Origin: Macrostomum lignano
Taxonomy: Eukaryota
NCBI GenBank assembly: GCA_002269645.1
Contig: NIVC01003591.1
Location: 60,820 to 124,819, forward strand
DNA length: 64,000 nt
Reading direction: 5' to 3'
Below, piece after piece: positions 24,725 through 36,332 of this stretch. The notes below the pieces were generated by a model. That model made no database searches, was not told the DNA's origin, and worked only from the letters and a program-made list of their open reading frames with translations. How positions within the stretch are numbered: the stretch's first letter is position 1; each line of letters opens with the position of its first letter. The position numbers and the translations under genes are program-made.

Positions 24725-25486
24725 TTAGAACACGGACAGGCACTCGCAGAGGTACTTCCAGCTTTTAGAGCATTGGGCATCATCGACGCCGATCTTGTGA
24801 TTAGCATGGACAGCCGCGCAGCCCTCACCAGGCAATCCGTTGTTCGGCCTCTCGGGCTCCCAGACGTCGGTCCGGATGCTCTCGTTGCAGGCGTCCCAGA
24901 TCCAGCCTTCCGTTCTGCTTGCAGAGCCCGGAATCTGGTGGCCACCCAGAAACAAACTCTCTACAGGGCTGTTCGACACGCTCTTGATCCACATCAGGTG
25001 ACGGGACTCGTCGGAATCCAGAGCGTCCGCGAACTTCGACAGTCCGGCCTCCTGGCCGCACCGGGAGAGAGCGTCAGCCCAGTTGGTCGCAGGTTCGGCC
25101 GATACCTTGTATGAGGATCCGAACTGAGAGTACTCGTATCCGGGTGGGCACAGGCGACCCGCAGCTACTCCAGGTAGCGATCTCACGTACACGGTTACTC
25201 GGTGAGTGCAGTTGGCCACTGACTGCACTCGGTGGCTGCACTTGTCGAACAGGAACAGCTTGCAGAGGCAGTCGCCATCCGGCATCGAGAAGGCTCGGCA
25301 GTTCGGCATCTTGGCGCAGTACAGGCTGCAGGACTGCGGATCGCACGAGCCCCACACGGTGTGGGTGAAGCTGGACGTCACGCAGTCAGCGCCAGAGATC
25401 GGGTGGAAAGTCGCTTTCGGAGAGTCGCAAGTTGCACCGCAACTAATTTTGAGACTCAGAAGCAGAAAGAGCAGCGGTCGCAGCAT
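24725..25486 (-). CDS. Secreted PAN/apple-like + C-type lectin domain protein, copy 2 (253 aa, intronless)
   Basis: Signal-peptide-like MLRPLLFLLLSLKISCG; Cys-rich PAN-like module (CSLYCAKMPNCRAFS...CLCKL); lectin hallmarks CPPGY, SYK, WADA...C, FLGG, WIW, WEPERPNN, C, VDDxxC, YLCE. Confidence 0.85.
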   Translation of the reverse strand: MLRPLLFLLLSLKISCGATCDSPKATFHPISGADCVTSSFTHTVWGSCDPQSCSLYCAKMPNCRAFSMPDGDCLCKLFLFDKCSHRVQSVANCTHRVTVYVRSLPGVAAGRLCPPGYEYSQFGSSYKVSAEPATNWADALSRCGQEAGLSKFADALDSDESRHLMWIKSVSNSPVESLFLGGHQIPGSASRTEGWIWDACNESIRTDVWEPERPNNGLPGEGCAAVHANHKIGVDDAQCSKSWKYLCECLSVF

Positions 25487-26343
25487 TTTTGTCTACAGAG
25501 TGTCAAGTTTTAGAAATTAGTGTTCTACGAAATTTAGGAAGCTGATGAGGCTAAGTTTGGTTACCTGTTTCACGCTCCTAAGCAAAGTTTTGCATATCAA
25601 AAAAGTTAGCACTCAGTCTGAACCGTGCCCATCACCCTCTATATGGAGTTTTATGCCATCCCAGCGAAGGGAGCCTATTACACTGGCATGCGTCTCCAAA
25701 GCTTAACTAGCTGGTACAGAAGCCAGTGAGAGCAGACAGTTGCATTGGCCAAGCCAGCCACACCTCGGCCTTAGCTAGCTTGCCATATTCAACACGTTCC
25801 ATTTTCCTTCATCGTTAATGCATCCGGCCTTTCCAACCACTTAACTCAGGCATCGTTGGGGTGAATGTCTCCAGAATGCTTCTTTTATGCGGTATGTCTG
25901 GTTCATGAAACATCGAGGCTGCTGCTTTCCCCGGACACTTTATTGTTGTCGTAGAGTGAGACCCCACTCTGGCAGAGTTGCATCGATCTTCCGAATGGAT
26001 ACACGAGACGATTTATCTCATTTTAACCGGATGTAAGACATGCATTGCTGAACCACGCCTAAGCAACAGACTTTTATCGCGAAAAATGTTCACACTACGA
26101 GCTATTTTATGACGCTACGGGGGCGGAGCAACTCAGCGGTGAACGCGTTCGATTCTGAGCAGAGTAGTGGGGAGCAGAGATGGCAGATTAATGGGGTTTA
26201 AACTGTGGGGGCTGGCTACCTGCCTATCTATGCCGCCACGTGACCTTTGCTCTCTCGCCACTTTTTGCACTCCATTTTTACCCCTTTCGTCCGTCTATAG
26301 CTGTGTACCTCCTACACCTATCACCGTGAGCTAGCTATGTCTG

Positions 26344-27038
26344 CACCCGTTGAAAAATTATGGAAACATTTACAGGAACTTTTGCCTATGAAAGTTACCA
26401 AAAAGTTACCATTCTCGCAGCCAATCGGAAGGCGTACGCGTTAGGAAACATTTACACACATAGCCAATCAGAGGGCCGGAATATGGTAACTTTTGGCAGA
26501 AAAGTTACCAAAAGTTACCATTTCAAATTTACACGTACGGGGATAGGGAGTTCCCAAAAGTTACCAAAAGTTGCCATTGATGTTTCCATTCGCTTCTGGT
26601 GAGAAGCTCCCAAAAGTTACCAAAAGTTGCCATTGATGTTTCCATTCGTTTCTGTTGAGAAGCTCCCATAAGTTCCCAAAAGTTTCCGTACGTAATGAGT
26701 CATGCAGGGCGCCCGCCACTCATGAGGCCACTGATAAGTTACCATAAGTTGCCGAAAATTCCCAAAAACTCACCAAAAAGTGCTAAAAGTTACCAAAAGT
26801 TTCCTAAATGTTGCCATTTTTTTACCTCTCCAAAAAGTTACCAAAAGTTACCATTCGCCGCGCTCAATGTTCCTAAAAGTTGCCAAACAGATAGCCAATC
26901 AGCGCACGCCACGGTGGCGCCCACCTCTTAAACTTGAAAAGTAACCACAAGTTACCAAAATTTACCACTATTTAGCCATAAATTGCCATAAGCTACCAAA
27001 TGTTCCCACAAATTGTTCCCATAATTTTTCAACGGGTG
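26344..27038. mobile_element. Non-autonomous TIR element (MITE, 695 bp) inserted in codon 3 of the DIRS gag
   Basis: Terminal inverted repeats CACCCGTTGAAAAATTATGG / CCATAATTTTTCAACGGGTG. The interior is rich in AAGTTACCAAAA and AGCCAATC motifs. Removing it restores ATG TCT GAA CCC CAA GAA CCG, similar to the empty site near 20500. No clear target duplication. Confidence 0.85.
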
Positions 27039-28273
27039 AACCCCAAGAACCGCTGAATCATCATACAGCTAAAGAGCTGCGTTACAATTATAGGTGCAAA
27101 CAACAAGGCAAAAGAGCGAGCTGCGAGCCTGCGCCAAGCAATGCAGCAAGGCACACACAGCCGCAGATCTGAACGGGGACGCTAGGCTACGCCCTCTCTG
27201 TAGCGCTGGGTGCAGCCCGGATCAGCGATGGATCAGACGAGGAGACTGCCGCGGGGCACCAGTCGGATTTCGACCGAAGAAGGCGGCTTCAGCACGAGGT
27301 GGAAGAACTCGAATGTCGGGTCCTCCAGAATGCAAAGCTCAGCTGCAGCGACAGCTATACTCTGCAACATTGAAAAGTCGCCACCCTATGCGCCAGTGAG
27401 CAATTTCTCTTGAACTGTTCTGAAATAAAAGATACGAGAAAACTGATTGGGGTAGCTTTGATCCGCCCAACCCTCACACACCGCTCCCCCCACTTCATTC
27501 CTCAACTCAAGTCTGCAGCGGCGTTGCTAAGTTGCGTCACTCGCAAAGATTGAGAGACTTTACCTGCACTCTCAGAAGTGGCGACCACAGACGGAATCAC
27601 TTCCGTCTTCTGTGATGGCGACTTTTCGATGTTGCTGAGTTTATTGCGTGAATGTGCTAACGTTGGGTCAATCGATAAGGACTGGGCAGACGAGTGCCGA
27701 TGGCAGTGCTATCGAGACGGGATCAGGCCGACTTTACCTCGTGCAGGACTTTGCAAAATCAAAGAGTAAGAATGCCTCTAGGAATATAAGCAACACGGTG
27801 GCCGCTATGCATGGTAAGTGGTCAGTTGGCTTTCAAGCCTCAGTCAACCTCTCTGGGGAAGTTCCTGTTGGCCAGTGGATTGCTGCTAACGCCGAGAACA
27901 TCCAGGCTGATTGCTGATGGTAGCCTGCTTAGCACTAAAGGTGATGGAAGCCTCAACACTGAAGACCTGCTTGGATATCTGCAGTACACCAAGAAGGTGG
28001 GAGAGCTCCTTGATGCTGGTTACGAGACTAGCGCTGTCTGGGATTTTGATGAGGATTACCTCAAGCTCAGTCACAATTCCACAGGGAGCCACTGGGGTTG
28101 CGAGCCACCCCGGCTCTATCACAAGCATTTGCACGCACCAGCTAATAGAGTGCGCTTGCCCTAAAGCAGAGATCAGACTGCTGGCCCGCGGCCCGTGTGC
28201 CTCAGCTACAACGCCGTTGCTGGTTGCCAGAGAGCCTCCTGCTCTTACCGCCACATCTGCAAGGTGAAGGGCT

Positions 28274-29750
28274 GTGGGCGGCAGCATCCTGCCCAGCTGC
28301 TCCAGCAGCGGCCCTGATGACTCGCGGCCAATGCATAGGCTAAAACCAACCGAATCTTATAGTGCTTTTAATCCTCTGCGTCAAGCCACTTTTAACTCCT
28401 CTGGCTTCTGGGAGAAGCTGCTGCAGAACGACCCTGACAAGCAGTACTTGATGAATGGTATCGTTCGTGGCTTTCGTCTGGTTTATCATAAGCCACCAAA
28501 TATTACTACTCTGAAAGATAAGTACGCATCCGCAAGCAAGAATGCCGCCAAGGTGGAAGCTCAGCTTCTAGAAGAGCTTCGGCTGGCCGCTACACCGGCC
28601 GTTACCCAGGAGCCTGTGATAGTGAACCCCATTGGTGCCTTGCCTAAAGCCAACGGGAAATTCACGATCTGTCTGCTCCGCTCGGCGACTCTGTTAATGA
28701 CTAATACCAGCAGGAAAAAGGCATCCGTTTTGTCTCCGTTCGAGAATTCAAAAAGCATTTAAAGCCCGGTTCCTTCATGGCCAAAGTGGATCTGAAAGAT
28801 GCCTACAGGTCCGTCGCCAGCAGTCCCAATGACCATCGTCTTACTGGCTTTAAGTGGCACTTTCTCGGCCAGGACTGCGAGAGTACGATGCTCGATACAA
28901 GGCTGCCTTTCGGTTCGCGCGCCTCCTGTGAGATTTTTCATCAGCTTTCATCTGCGGTGAAGCGTTACATGGTGCGGTGCGGTTTTCACACCACCGTCAA
29001 CTACCTGAACAATTGGACTGAGCGGGGCCCGGCTGGCCAATGATTTTCTGACTAATCTACTGCAGTCGCTGGGATTTACTATTAACTGGGATTAGTCGAC
29101 TCAACCTGTGCCTCAGTTGGTTTTTCTGGGCATAAGCATCGATACGTGCAAGGGTACAATGAGTCTTTCTGCTGGCAAAGCCAGTGAGATCGACAACCTG
29201 CTGAGGGGCTGTGGCCGCATGCAGACCGTTCGCCTCAAGACTATGCAGAAGCTGGTGGGGAAGCTCAGCTGGCTGTGCCAAATCAATGGCCAGCTGCGGC
29301 CTTTCCTGCGGCCGTTGATCACCTCCATGGATTGTGACCGCAAGGCCGGCTCCTTTGTGCTTACGTCCGAGCTGAAAATTCACCTGGATTGGTGGCGGAA
29401 AGCGCTGGCCTGCTTGCCGCCAAGTAGCCTATATGGCCAAACTACCAGCAGCTCGCAGCGATTGAGTCTGAGAGCTGCACCGAAGGTGCGGCAGGCATTC
29501 TGAGGACCTCAACTGTCACTGCCTGGGTCTACTTCAGCTGGCACAGAGACTTTAATGGCCAGTTTATGAATATACACATAAATTTCAAGGAAGCCATGGC
29601 TCCGCTGTTGACGGTTTTAAAGTTTCGCTCGACTGGTCGATATCAAGGTTGGGGTGCGCTCTGATAGTACCGCCGCTGTCGGCATGATAAAGCGCCTGTC
29701 CTGCAGTTATCCCGATCTCCTTCTATCAAATTATGGCTTTGCTGTGCATT
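28274..29750 (+). pseudogene. DIRS reverse transcriptase / RNase H region, disrupted
   Basis: ORFs 28274..28762, 28777..29043 and 29108..29503 carry consecutive RT motifs in different frames; the catalytic YLDD reads YLNN. Confidence 0.85.
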
Positions 29751-29751
29751 T

Positions 29752-30904
29752 GTGATGGTAGTTGTATTGAAGCTTATCACCTGCCGGGTATTATGCAAAT
29801 TTTTAGTGACGCTGCGTCTCTTATGCTTTGTTCTCAATATTTGCTTTCGTTTTCACGGTCATTTCTGCCTTTCGCTTGACAATTTTGCCATGCGCGCGCT
29901 CTTGGTGTCTTCTTCTTCTTCTTCTTCCATTTGGGCGCGCTCGGGCCGGGGCCCAGATGGCGCCCGCCTTCCCGAGGAGGTTCAACACCGCGACGCAGTT
30001 CTCGAAAACTGCCGCGGGCTCCGGGCTTGGCCACCCTCGGTGTCTTCTCGCGCCGCCCTCCGCTTTCAGGTCACCTCCGCTCTCGGGATGGGCCGCCCCA
30101 GAAGGCAGTCCCCGCTGATCTGCTCTGCTGTCTCGCCCTCGCAGAAAGCTCCTGGCGATCCTACTGAAGCCAATTCAAGGCCTGGTGTGCGTTCTGTGAT
30201 CAGGCGGGCATCGGTCCGACCACCGCTAGCGAAAGAGACCTTGTGCCAGTACGTGGTCCACATGGTGCAATCACGAATCAGCGCCTTCTCAGGCCTGCGG
30301 TCTTAACATCAATGCCATCTCAGTGCTCCACCAGCTGGCCGGCTCGCCAGACCCAGCTCGAGGGGCGGCCCGGTTGCAGTTCCTTTTGAGGGGCGCTCAG
30401 CGCTTCCTGAGGCTTCGGACCTGGCAGGATTGCCCACCGAGCCTGGCCACCTGCGGCGGCTGGTGGGCAACCCAAGGGCCCGGTGCGGCTTCGCCCCGAA
30501 CCTGTGGTCTGCATTCTGCGCAGCCTTGCTGGTGGCCTGTGGGGGCTGATCCGAGTTGGCGACCTGCTGCCGGACTCTGGAGCTGCGCTCTAGCCATCTG
30601 TCCGGTTCCGGCTCCGTACTGGTGCTGCAGCTGCAGCGGTCCAAGACCAACCAGTTCGGCCAGCGTGTCCACACGGTGCAGCTGCCCTGTCTGGCCGGCG
30701 CTGCCTGGTGCCCTGTCAGAGCTGTCAGGGCTCACGGAGGCAGCGTTTGAAGCCTCGTCTGCTGGTTTCAACCCGACTGCTTTCTGTGGCCAAAGCCTGC
30801 CGTGCGGTGTGCCCAGCTTTTCCCTGCAGGCGGGGGTGGCCCTGCCTGGCATCATGGCCCTGGGTGTCTGGCGCTCTGACTGTGTGGGGCGCTACTTCAG
30901 TTGA
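29752..30904 (+). pseudogene. DIRS tyrosine recombinase, disrupted
   Basis: LQLQRSKTNQFG, GQSLPCG (degenerate HxxR) and ALGVWRSDCVGRYFS, spread over different frames. Confidence 0.85.
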
Positions 30905-33900
30905 CCGTGCCTCTGAGGCCCGCAAGTGTCGGGCGGTTGATCAGCTGGTGTCGCATGGGTAATTCCCCCTCTCTTCTCTGACTGTCTTGTCCTGTTTGGG
31001 ATTGGGAGTTCGCCTGCTGCTCCCCCCCTCCCCTATGCTTCTTTGCGCTGTTGCCGCCTCTTGCTCGCCAAACGCCGCTTTGTTTGCCTCTTTGCTTGTC
31101 CATCCTCACGGTTAAATGCACAAAATTTGAAAAAATGGGCTTTTCGCCAACCCCCAAGGCACAAGGACTGTACATGCCTGAGGATTAGAAAGTCAGGGCT
31201 GCTGTACATCCTGGGTGAGCGTGTGTGTGAGTGCTGTGCCTGCGTACAGTATTGGCGCGCTCGCATGTGCTCAGGAGTCGGCGGAATGGGCGGAATTGCC
31301 GTCAGCGCTGGTTGTGAGACGATGTCGCCAAAGACGTTGCACCAGGGTCCCTGCGAACATTCACTTTATCAGGCATTTCTGTACTTTGTTAGAATATTCA
31401 GTTGACTAGCAACTGGTCTCACAATTTTACTTGCAGCTGAATTGATTGATCACTAAAAACCAGCTCAAACTACTTCAAGTAACAAGCCCAGTTCTTATCA
31501 AAGCCTTTGATGCCCCAATTTAAACGCGTAGCATCATATTTTTTATTTTAATTTTCCTTCTGTTCTCTCTTTATCTTTTACACTTTTAACTTTCTAACTT
31601 TTTAAAACTCGGTACTACTTTACGAAATGACCCGAGAAGGCCCGGGCCGCCAGAGACGAGCAGAATGCACCGTTGACGGGGAAGGACAGGGAGTAATGCG
31701 AAAGACAGAAGCCTAGGAAAGGGGAGGCCGCGTCTGGCTCAACCAATGCGCTAAAACCCTCTTCAGCCACCCCCGAGAGCAGAGCCAACCACCCTAGCAA
31801 CTGGCTGGTTTGATGCTCCTGGGCTACACTTTTTCAGGAGCTGCGTCCCCACTCTGAACACTGCGAATGAGGGCTGTTGTGAAGGCCTCAAAAGAGAGTC
31901 TTTTTCAGAATATTATAGAAGTAGGATCGGAGCGCAGAATCTGCTCCGTTCCGTCCCAGGGTCGAAATCTCCTTTGGCTTTGCAATCGCGGCTCAGATCC
32001 ACTTGAAGCACTTGATTTTACTGCAGGTGGGAACCGAGGTCATTGATTCGGTCAGAATTGAGTTATGGCGTCTGAGAGTGCAAGCCGACTGCAGACCCGG
32101 CACGAGAGTTAGTGAGAAAGGGTCAAAAGAGCACGCTAGGCATGTCTTCTTAGCATGTTAGAAATCCATGTTGAGAGAAAGCCGCTGTGAAGAAACGCAA
32201 GGACGCCAAAACAAAGACTATAGCCAGCAGCATACTAGGATAAAACCAATACAGAAATTTTTTTATTATTTCCATATTAAAGTAAGCAAGGGGGTCGGCA
32301 AACTCCGGCGAGCGGGCCACATGCGGCCCTTTAAAACTGCACAATAGCAATCCTGCATGCTCAAGTTTTGTCTCTTCTCAGTTCTCTTTCTCTTCTCTCC
32401 CTTCTTCTCGTTCAGTCTCCTCTCTCCCTGTCTCTCTTCTTGCCTCTCCCTGTCTCTCCTCTCCTCTCTCCCTGTCTCTCCTCTTGCCTCTCCCTGTCTC
32501 TCCTCTCCTCTCTCCCTGTCTCTCCTCTTGTCTCTCCCTGTCTCTCCTCTCCCCTCTCCCTGTCTCTCCTCTCCCCTCTCCCTGTCTCTCCTCTTGCCTC
32601 TCCCTGTCTCTCCTCTTGCCTCTCCCTGTCTCTCCTCTCCTCTCTCCCTGTCTCTCCTCTCCTCTCTCCCTGTCTCTCCTCTTGCCTCTCCCTGGATCTC
32701 CTCTCCTCTCTCCCTGTCTCTCCTCTTGCCTCTCCCTGTCTCTCCTCTTGTCTCTCCCTGTCTCTCCTCTTGTCTCTCCCTGTCTCTCCTCTCCCCTCTC
32801 CCTGTCTCTCCTCTCCCCTCTCCCTGTCTCTCCTCTCCTCTCTCCCTGTCTCTCCTCTCCCCTCTCCCTGTCTCTCCTCTCCTCTCTCCCTGTCTCTCCT
32901 CTTGCCTCTCCCTGTCTCTCCTCTCCTCTCTCCCTGTCTCTCCTCTTGCCTCTCCCTGTCTCTCCTCTCCTCTCTCCCTGTCTCTCCTCTTGCCTCTCCC
33001 TGTCTCTCCTCTTGTCTCTCCCTGTCTCTCCTCTTGCCTCTCCCTGTCTCTCCTCTCCTCTCTCCCTGTCTCTCCTCTTGCCTCTCCCTGTCTCTCCTCT
33101 TGTCTCTCCCTGTCTCTCCTCTTGTCTCTCCCTGTCTCTCCTCTCCCCTCTCCCTGTCTCTCCTCTCCCCTCTCCCTGTCTCTCCTCTCCTCTCTCCCTG
33201 TCTCTCCTCTCCCCTCTCCCTGTCTCTCCTCTCCTCTCTCCCTGTCTCTCCTCTTGCCTCTCCCTGTCTCTCCTCTCCTCTCTCCCTGTCTCTCCTCTTG
33301 CCTCTCCCTGTCTCTCCTCTCCTCTCTCCCTGTCTCTCCTCTTGCCTCTCCCTGTCTCTCCTCTTGTCTCTCCCTGTCTCTCCTCTTGCCTCTCCCTGTC
33401 TCTCCTCTCCCCTCTCCCTGTCTCTCCTCTTGTCTCTCCCTGTCTCTCCTCTCCTCTCTCCCTGTCTCTCCTCTCCCCTCTCCCTGTCTCTCCTCTTGCC
33501 TCTCCCTGTCTCTCCTCTTGCCTCTCCCTGTCTCTCCTCTTGTCTCTCCCTGTCTCTCCTCTTGTCTCTCCCTGTCTCTCCTCTTGCCTCTCCCTGTCTC
33601 TCCTCTTGTCTCTCCCTGTCTCTCCTCTCCCCTCTCCCTGTCTCTCCTCTCCCCTCTCCCTGTCTCTCCTCTCCTCTCTCCCTGTCTCTCCTCTCCTCTC
33701 TCCCTGTCTCTCCTCTCCTCTCTCCCTGTCTCTCCTCTTGCCTCTCCCTGGATCTCCTCTCCTCTTCCCTCTTCTATCCCCTCTATCTTTTCTCTTATCT
33801 CCTATTTAATCTCTCATATTCTATTTCCTATCCTTTCCACTCTCATCTGACCGGGAGCCATGAGATTGCTTTGAGGTACGAGTAAAATATTTTTTAACCC

Positions 33901-34800
33901 CCGAATCAAGCCCAGTGTCATGTGTTACAGCAGTCTCTGCTTATTTCATTAAACAATCTTTTTTGTCTAAAATCTGAGCAGCCATGCTCATGAAGTTAAA
34001 CAGTTGATCTGCATTGAACAGAAAAAAATTCATATGATCGCTGTGAAAAATGAAAACTTTCCATTCCAATAGTGTTTTCGCTTAAAGCCCAACTTGAAAT
34101 TCAATGTATTCTTTTAAGAAGCGAATCTTCCTGTCCTTCTACAAGTATCTGACATCTAACGTGTACTGATGTAGTTTACTGCTATACCAACCCGCACATA
34201 GTTGTAGGCGTCACACTAAATGGATTACCATTTTGAATTATGCACGATGATCTTCAATATCGATTTTTACTTAGTTCCGATAGCAAAGCTATTAGTAAAG
34301 GAACATGGAGCAGCTACATAGATAAAACAAAATTGAAAAACTGCAGTGCGAAGTACACGCGGAAAATTCGCGGAACAGAGGCAGTTCTCGTGCAAAACGA
34401 TAGCGAATCAGGATCAGAATACGCAATGGCAGTATAATGTAAAGTCAGCTTTAGTCCTACAAGATTGGGAACAAATTAGGCAGAAAAAAGTTACATGCAT
34501 TTTTTTTCAAATATTCAATCAAGATTTTAAAAAATTAGTGTTAAAGATCAAATTCAATCTACGATAATAGATAGAGTAGTATGCAGTGAAGTATTGTAGA
34601 CTGAATATTTTAAGATACGCGAATAAAGTGATAGCATGGGCATTATGTTAAGATTTATGTTTAAATTACCAACGTACAACCGTGGTTGAAAACAAGCCGA
34701 ACAGGTGTTAAAATATCAGCGCCGTAGAGCAAAATTTCTAATAGAACAGCAATGAAGTTTGCCAACAATATCCTCAATTATTGATGGTTCTTTGCGACTT
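30900..34800. repeat. Segmental duplication, copy B
   Basis: Collinear with 21790-24700 except for a much longer CT array. Confidence 0.9.
32390..33800. repeat. Polypyrimidine/polypurine minisatellite, long allele (about 1.4 kb)
   Basis: Same unit and same flanks as 23350-23700. Confidence 0.95.
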
Positions 34801-34825
34801 TCGGTTTCTGTCCAGCGCAGTAAAG

Positions 34826-35587
34826 TTAGAACACGGACAGGCACTCGCAGAGGTACTTCCGGCTGTAGGAGCATTGGGAATCATCGACGCCGATCTTGTG
34901 ATTGGCGTGGACAGCCGCGCAGCCCTGATCCGGCAATCCTTTGTTCGGCCTCTCGGGCTCCCAGACGTCGGTCCGGATGCTCTCGTTGCAGGCGTCCCAG
35001 ATCCAGCCTTCCGTCTTGGTCGCAGAGCCCGGAATCTGGTGGCCACCCAGAAATAAAGTCTTTACAGGGCTGTTCGACACGTTTTTTATCCACATCAGGT
35101 GATGCGACTCGTCGGAGTCCAGAGCGTCCGCGAACTTCGACAGTCCGGCCTCCTGGCCGCACCGGGAGAGAGCGTCAGCCCAGTTGGTCACCAGTGAGGC
35201 CGACACCTTGTATGAGGATCCGAACTGAGAGTAGTCGTATCCGGGTGGGCACAGGCGACCCGGAGCTACTCCAGGTAGCGATCTCACGTACACGGTTACT
35301 CGGTGAGTGCAGTTGGCCTCTGACTGCACTCGGTGGCTGCACTTGTCGAACAGGAACAGCTTGCAGAGGCAGTCGCCATCCGGCAGCGAGAAGGCCCGGC
35401 AGTTCGGCATCTTGGCGCAGTGCAGGCTGCAGGACTGCGGATCGCACGAGCCCCACACGGTGTGGGTGAAGCTGGACGTCACGCAGTCAGCGCCAGAGAT
35501 CGGGTGGAAAGTCGCTTTCGGAGAGTCGCAAGTTGCACCGCAACTAATTTTGAGACTCAGAAGCAGAAACAGCAGTGGTCGCAGCAT
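34826..35587 (-). CDS. Secreted PAN/apple-like + C-type lectin domain protein, copy 3 (253 aa)
   Basis: Intact ORF with the same architecture as copy 2. Confidence 0.85.
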   Translation of the reverse strand: MLRPLLFLLLSLKISCGATCDSPKATFHPISGADCVTSSFTHTVWGSCDPQSCSLHCAKMPNCRAFSLPDGDCLCKLFLFDKCSHRVQSEANCTHRVTVYVRSLPGVAPGRLCPPGYDYSQFGSSYKVSASLVTNWADALSRCGQEAGLSKFADALDSDESHHLMWIKNVSNSPVKTLFLGGHQIPGSATKTEGWIWDACNESIRTDVWEPERPNKGLPDQGCAAVHANHKIGVDDSQCSYSRKYLCECLSVF

Positions 35588-35689
35588 TTTGGTTGTCTAC
35601 AGAGTGTGATAAGTTGTACAACTTGATATTCTACGAAATCAGCGTATACCTTTTTACAGTAAATTCAGTGTTAGATCTGAGTATCAAGT

Positions 35690-35935
35690 CTCCTGAGCAT
35701 CAAATCTCTTGAGCATCAACTCTCTTGAGCATCAACTCTCTTGAGCATCAACTCTCCTGAGCATCAACTCTCCTGAGCATCAACTCTCCTGAGCATCAAC
35801 TCTTCTTGAGCATCAACTCTCCTGAGCATCAACTCTCTTGAGCATCAACTTTCTTGAGCATCAACTCTTTTGAGCATCAACTTTCGTGAGCATCAACTTT
35901 CGTGAGCATCAACTTTTTTGAGCATCAACTCACCT
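35690..35935. repeat. 16-nt tandem repeat GAGCATCAACTCTC(C/T)T (about 14 copies) upstream of lectin copy 3
   Basis: Direct periodicity; not present upstream of the other lectin copies. Confidence 0.9.
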
Positions 35936-36332
35936 GCCAAGCAATATTCCAGTCAGGGAAATCAACGCGTGAGTTGTGTGCTTTTGTCTTTCGGGAAGTC
36001 TATGAGACTTTAAATCGGTTTCCTGTTTTATGCGGACGTGTTTGCATAACACATGTTAGCACTGAGTCTGAAACCGTGCTTATCTTTTACGCCATCCCAG
36101 CGTGGGGGATTCTACTAGTATTACACTCGCATTTTTCCCCAAAGCTCAAATAAAATGGCTGGTGCAAAAGCCTACAGAAGCCAGTGAGAGCAAATGGATG
36201 ATTTTTTACAAACTCTAAAAAGGTAACGCTAGCCAGGGAATACTCTACATGTGGAAGTGACACTCCCCGATTCAGGCCTCTCTGGTCCGACCAACCCGGG
36301 CCAAGGTTTTTTAGAAGGAAAAATAGCATGAC

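Larger units (their letters stand above)
26337..31130 (+). mobile_element. Near full-length but decayed DIRS/Ngaro-type retrotransposon (gag, RT-RNase H, tyrosine recombinase)
   Basis: gag ends in a Cys/His motif (C.SYNAVAGC..SC.YRHIC...GC...HPA, about 28190-28295). RT motifs FMAKVDLKDAYRSV, RLPFGSRASCEIF and YLNN in place of YLDD. RNase H motifs HINFKEA, VRSDSTAAV, HLPG. Recombinase motifs RSKTNQFG, WRSDCVGRY. Multiple stops and frameshifts. Confidence 0.9.

Noticed and set aside
32357-33885. Ser/Leu/Pro-rich ORFs of about 500 aa (also 23311..23780)
   Set aside because: A CT-only strand cannot encode stop codons, so all three frames are open.
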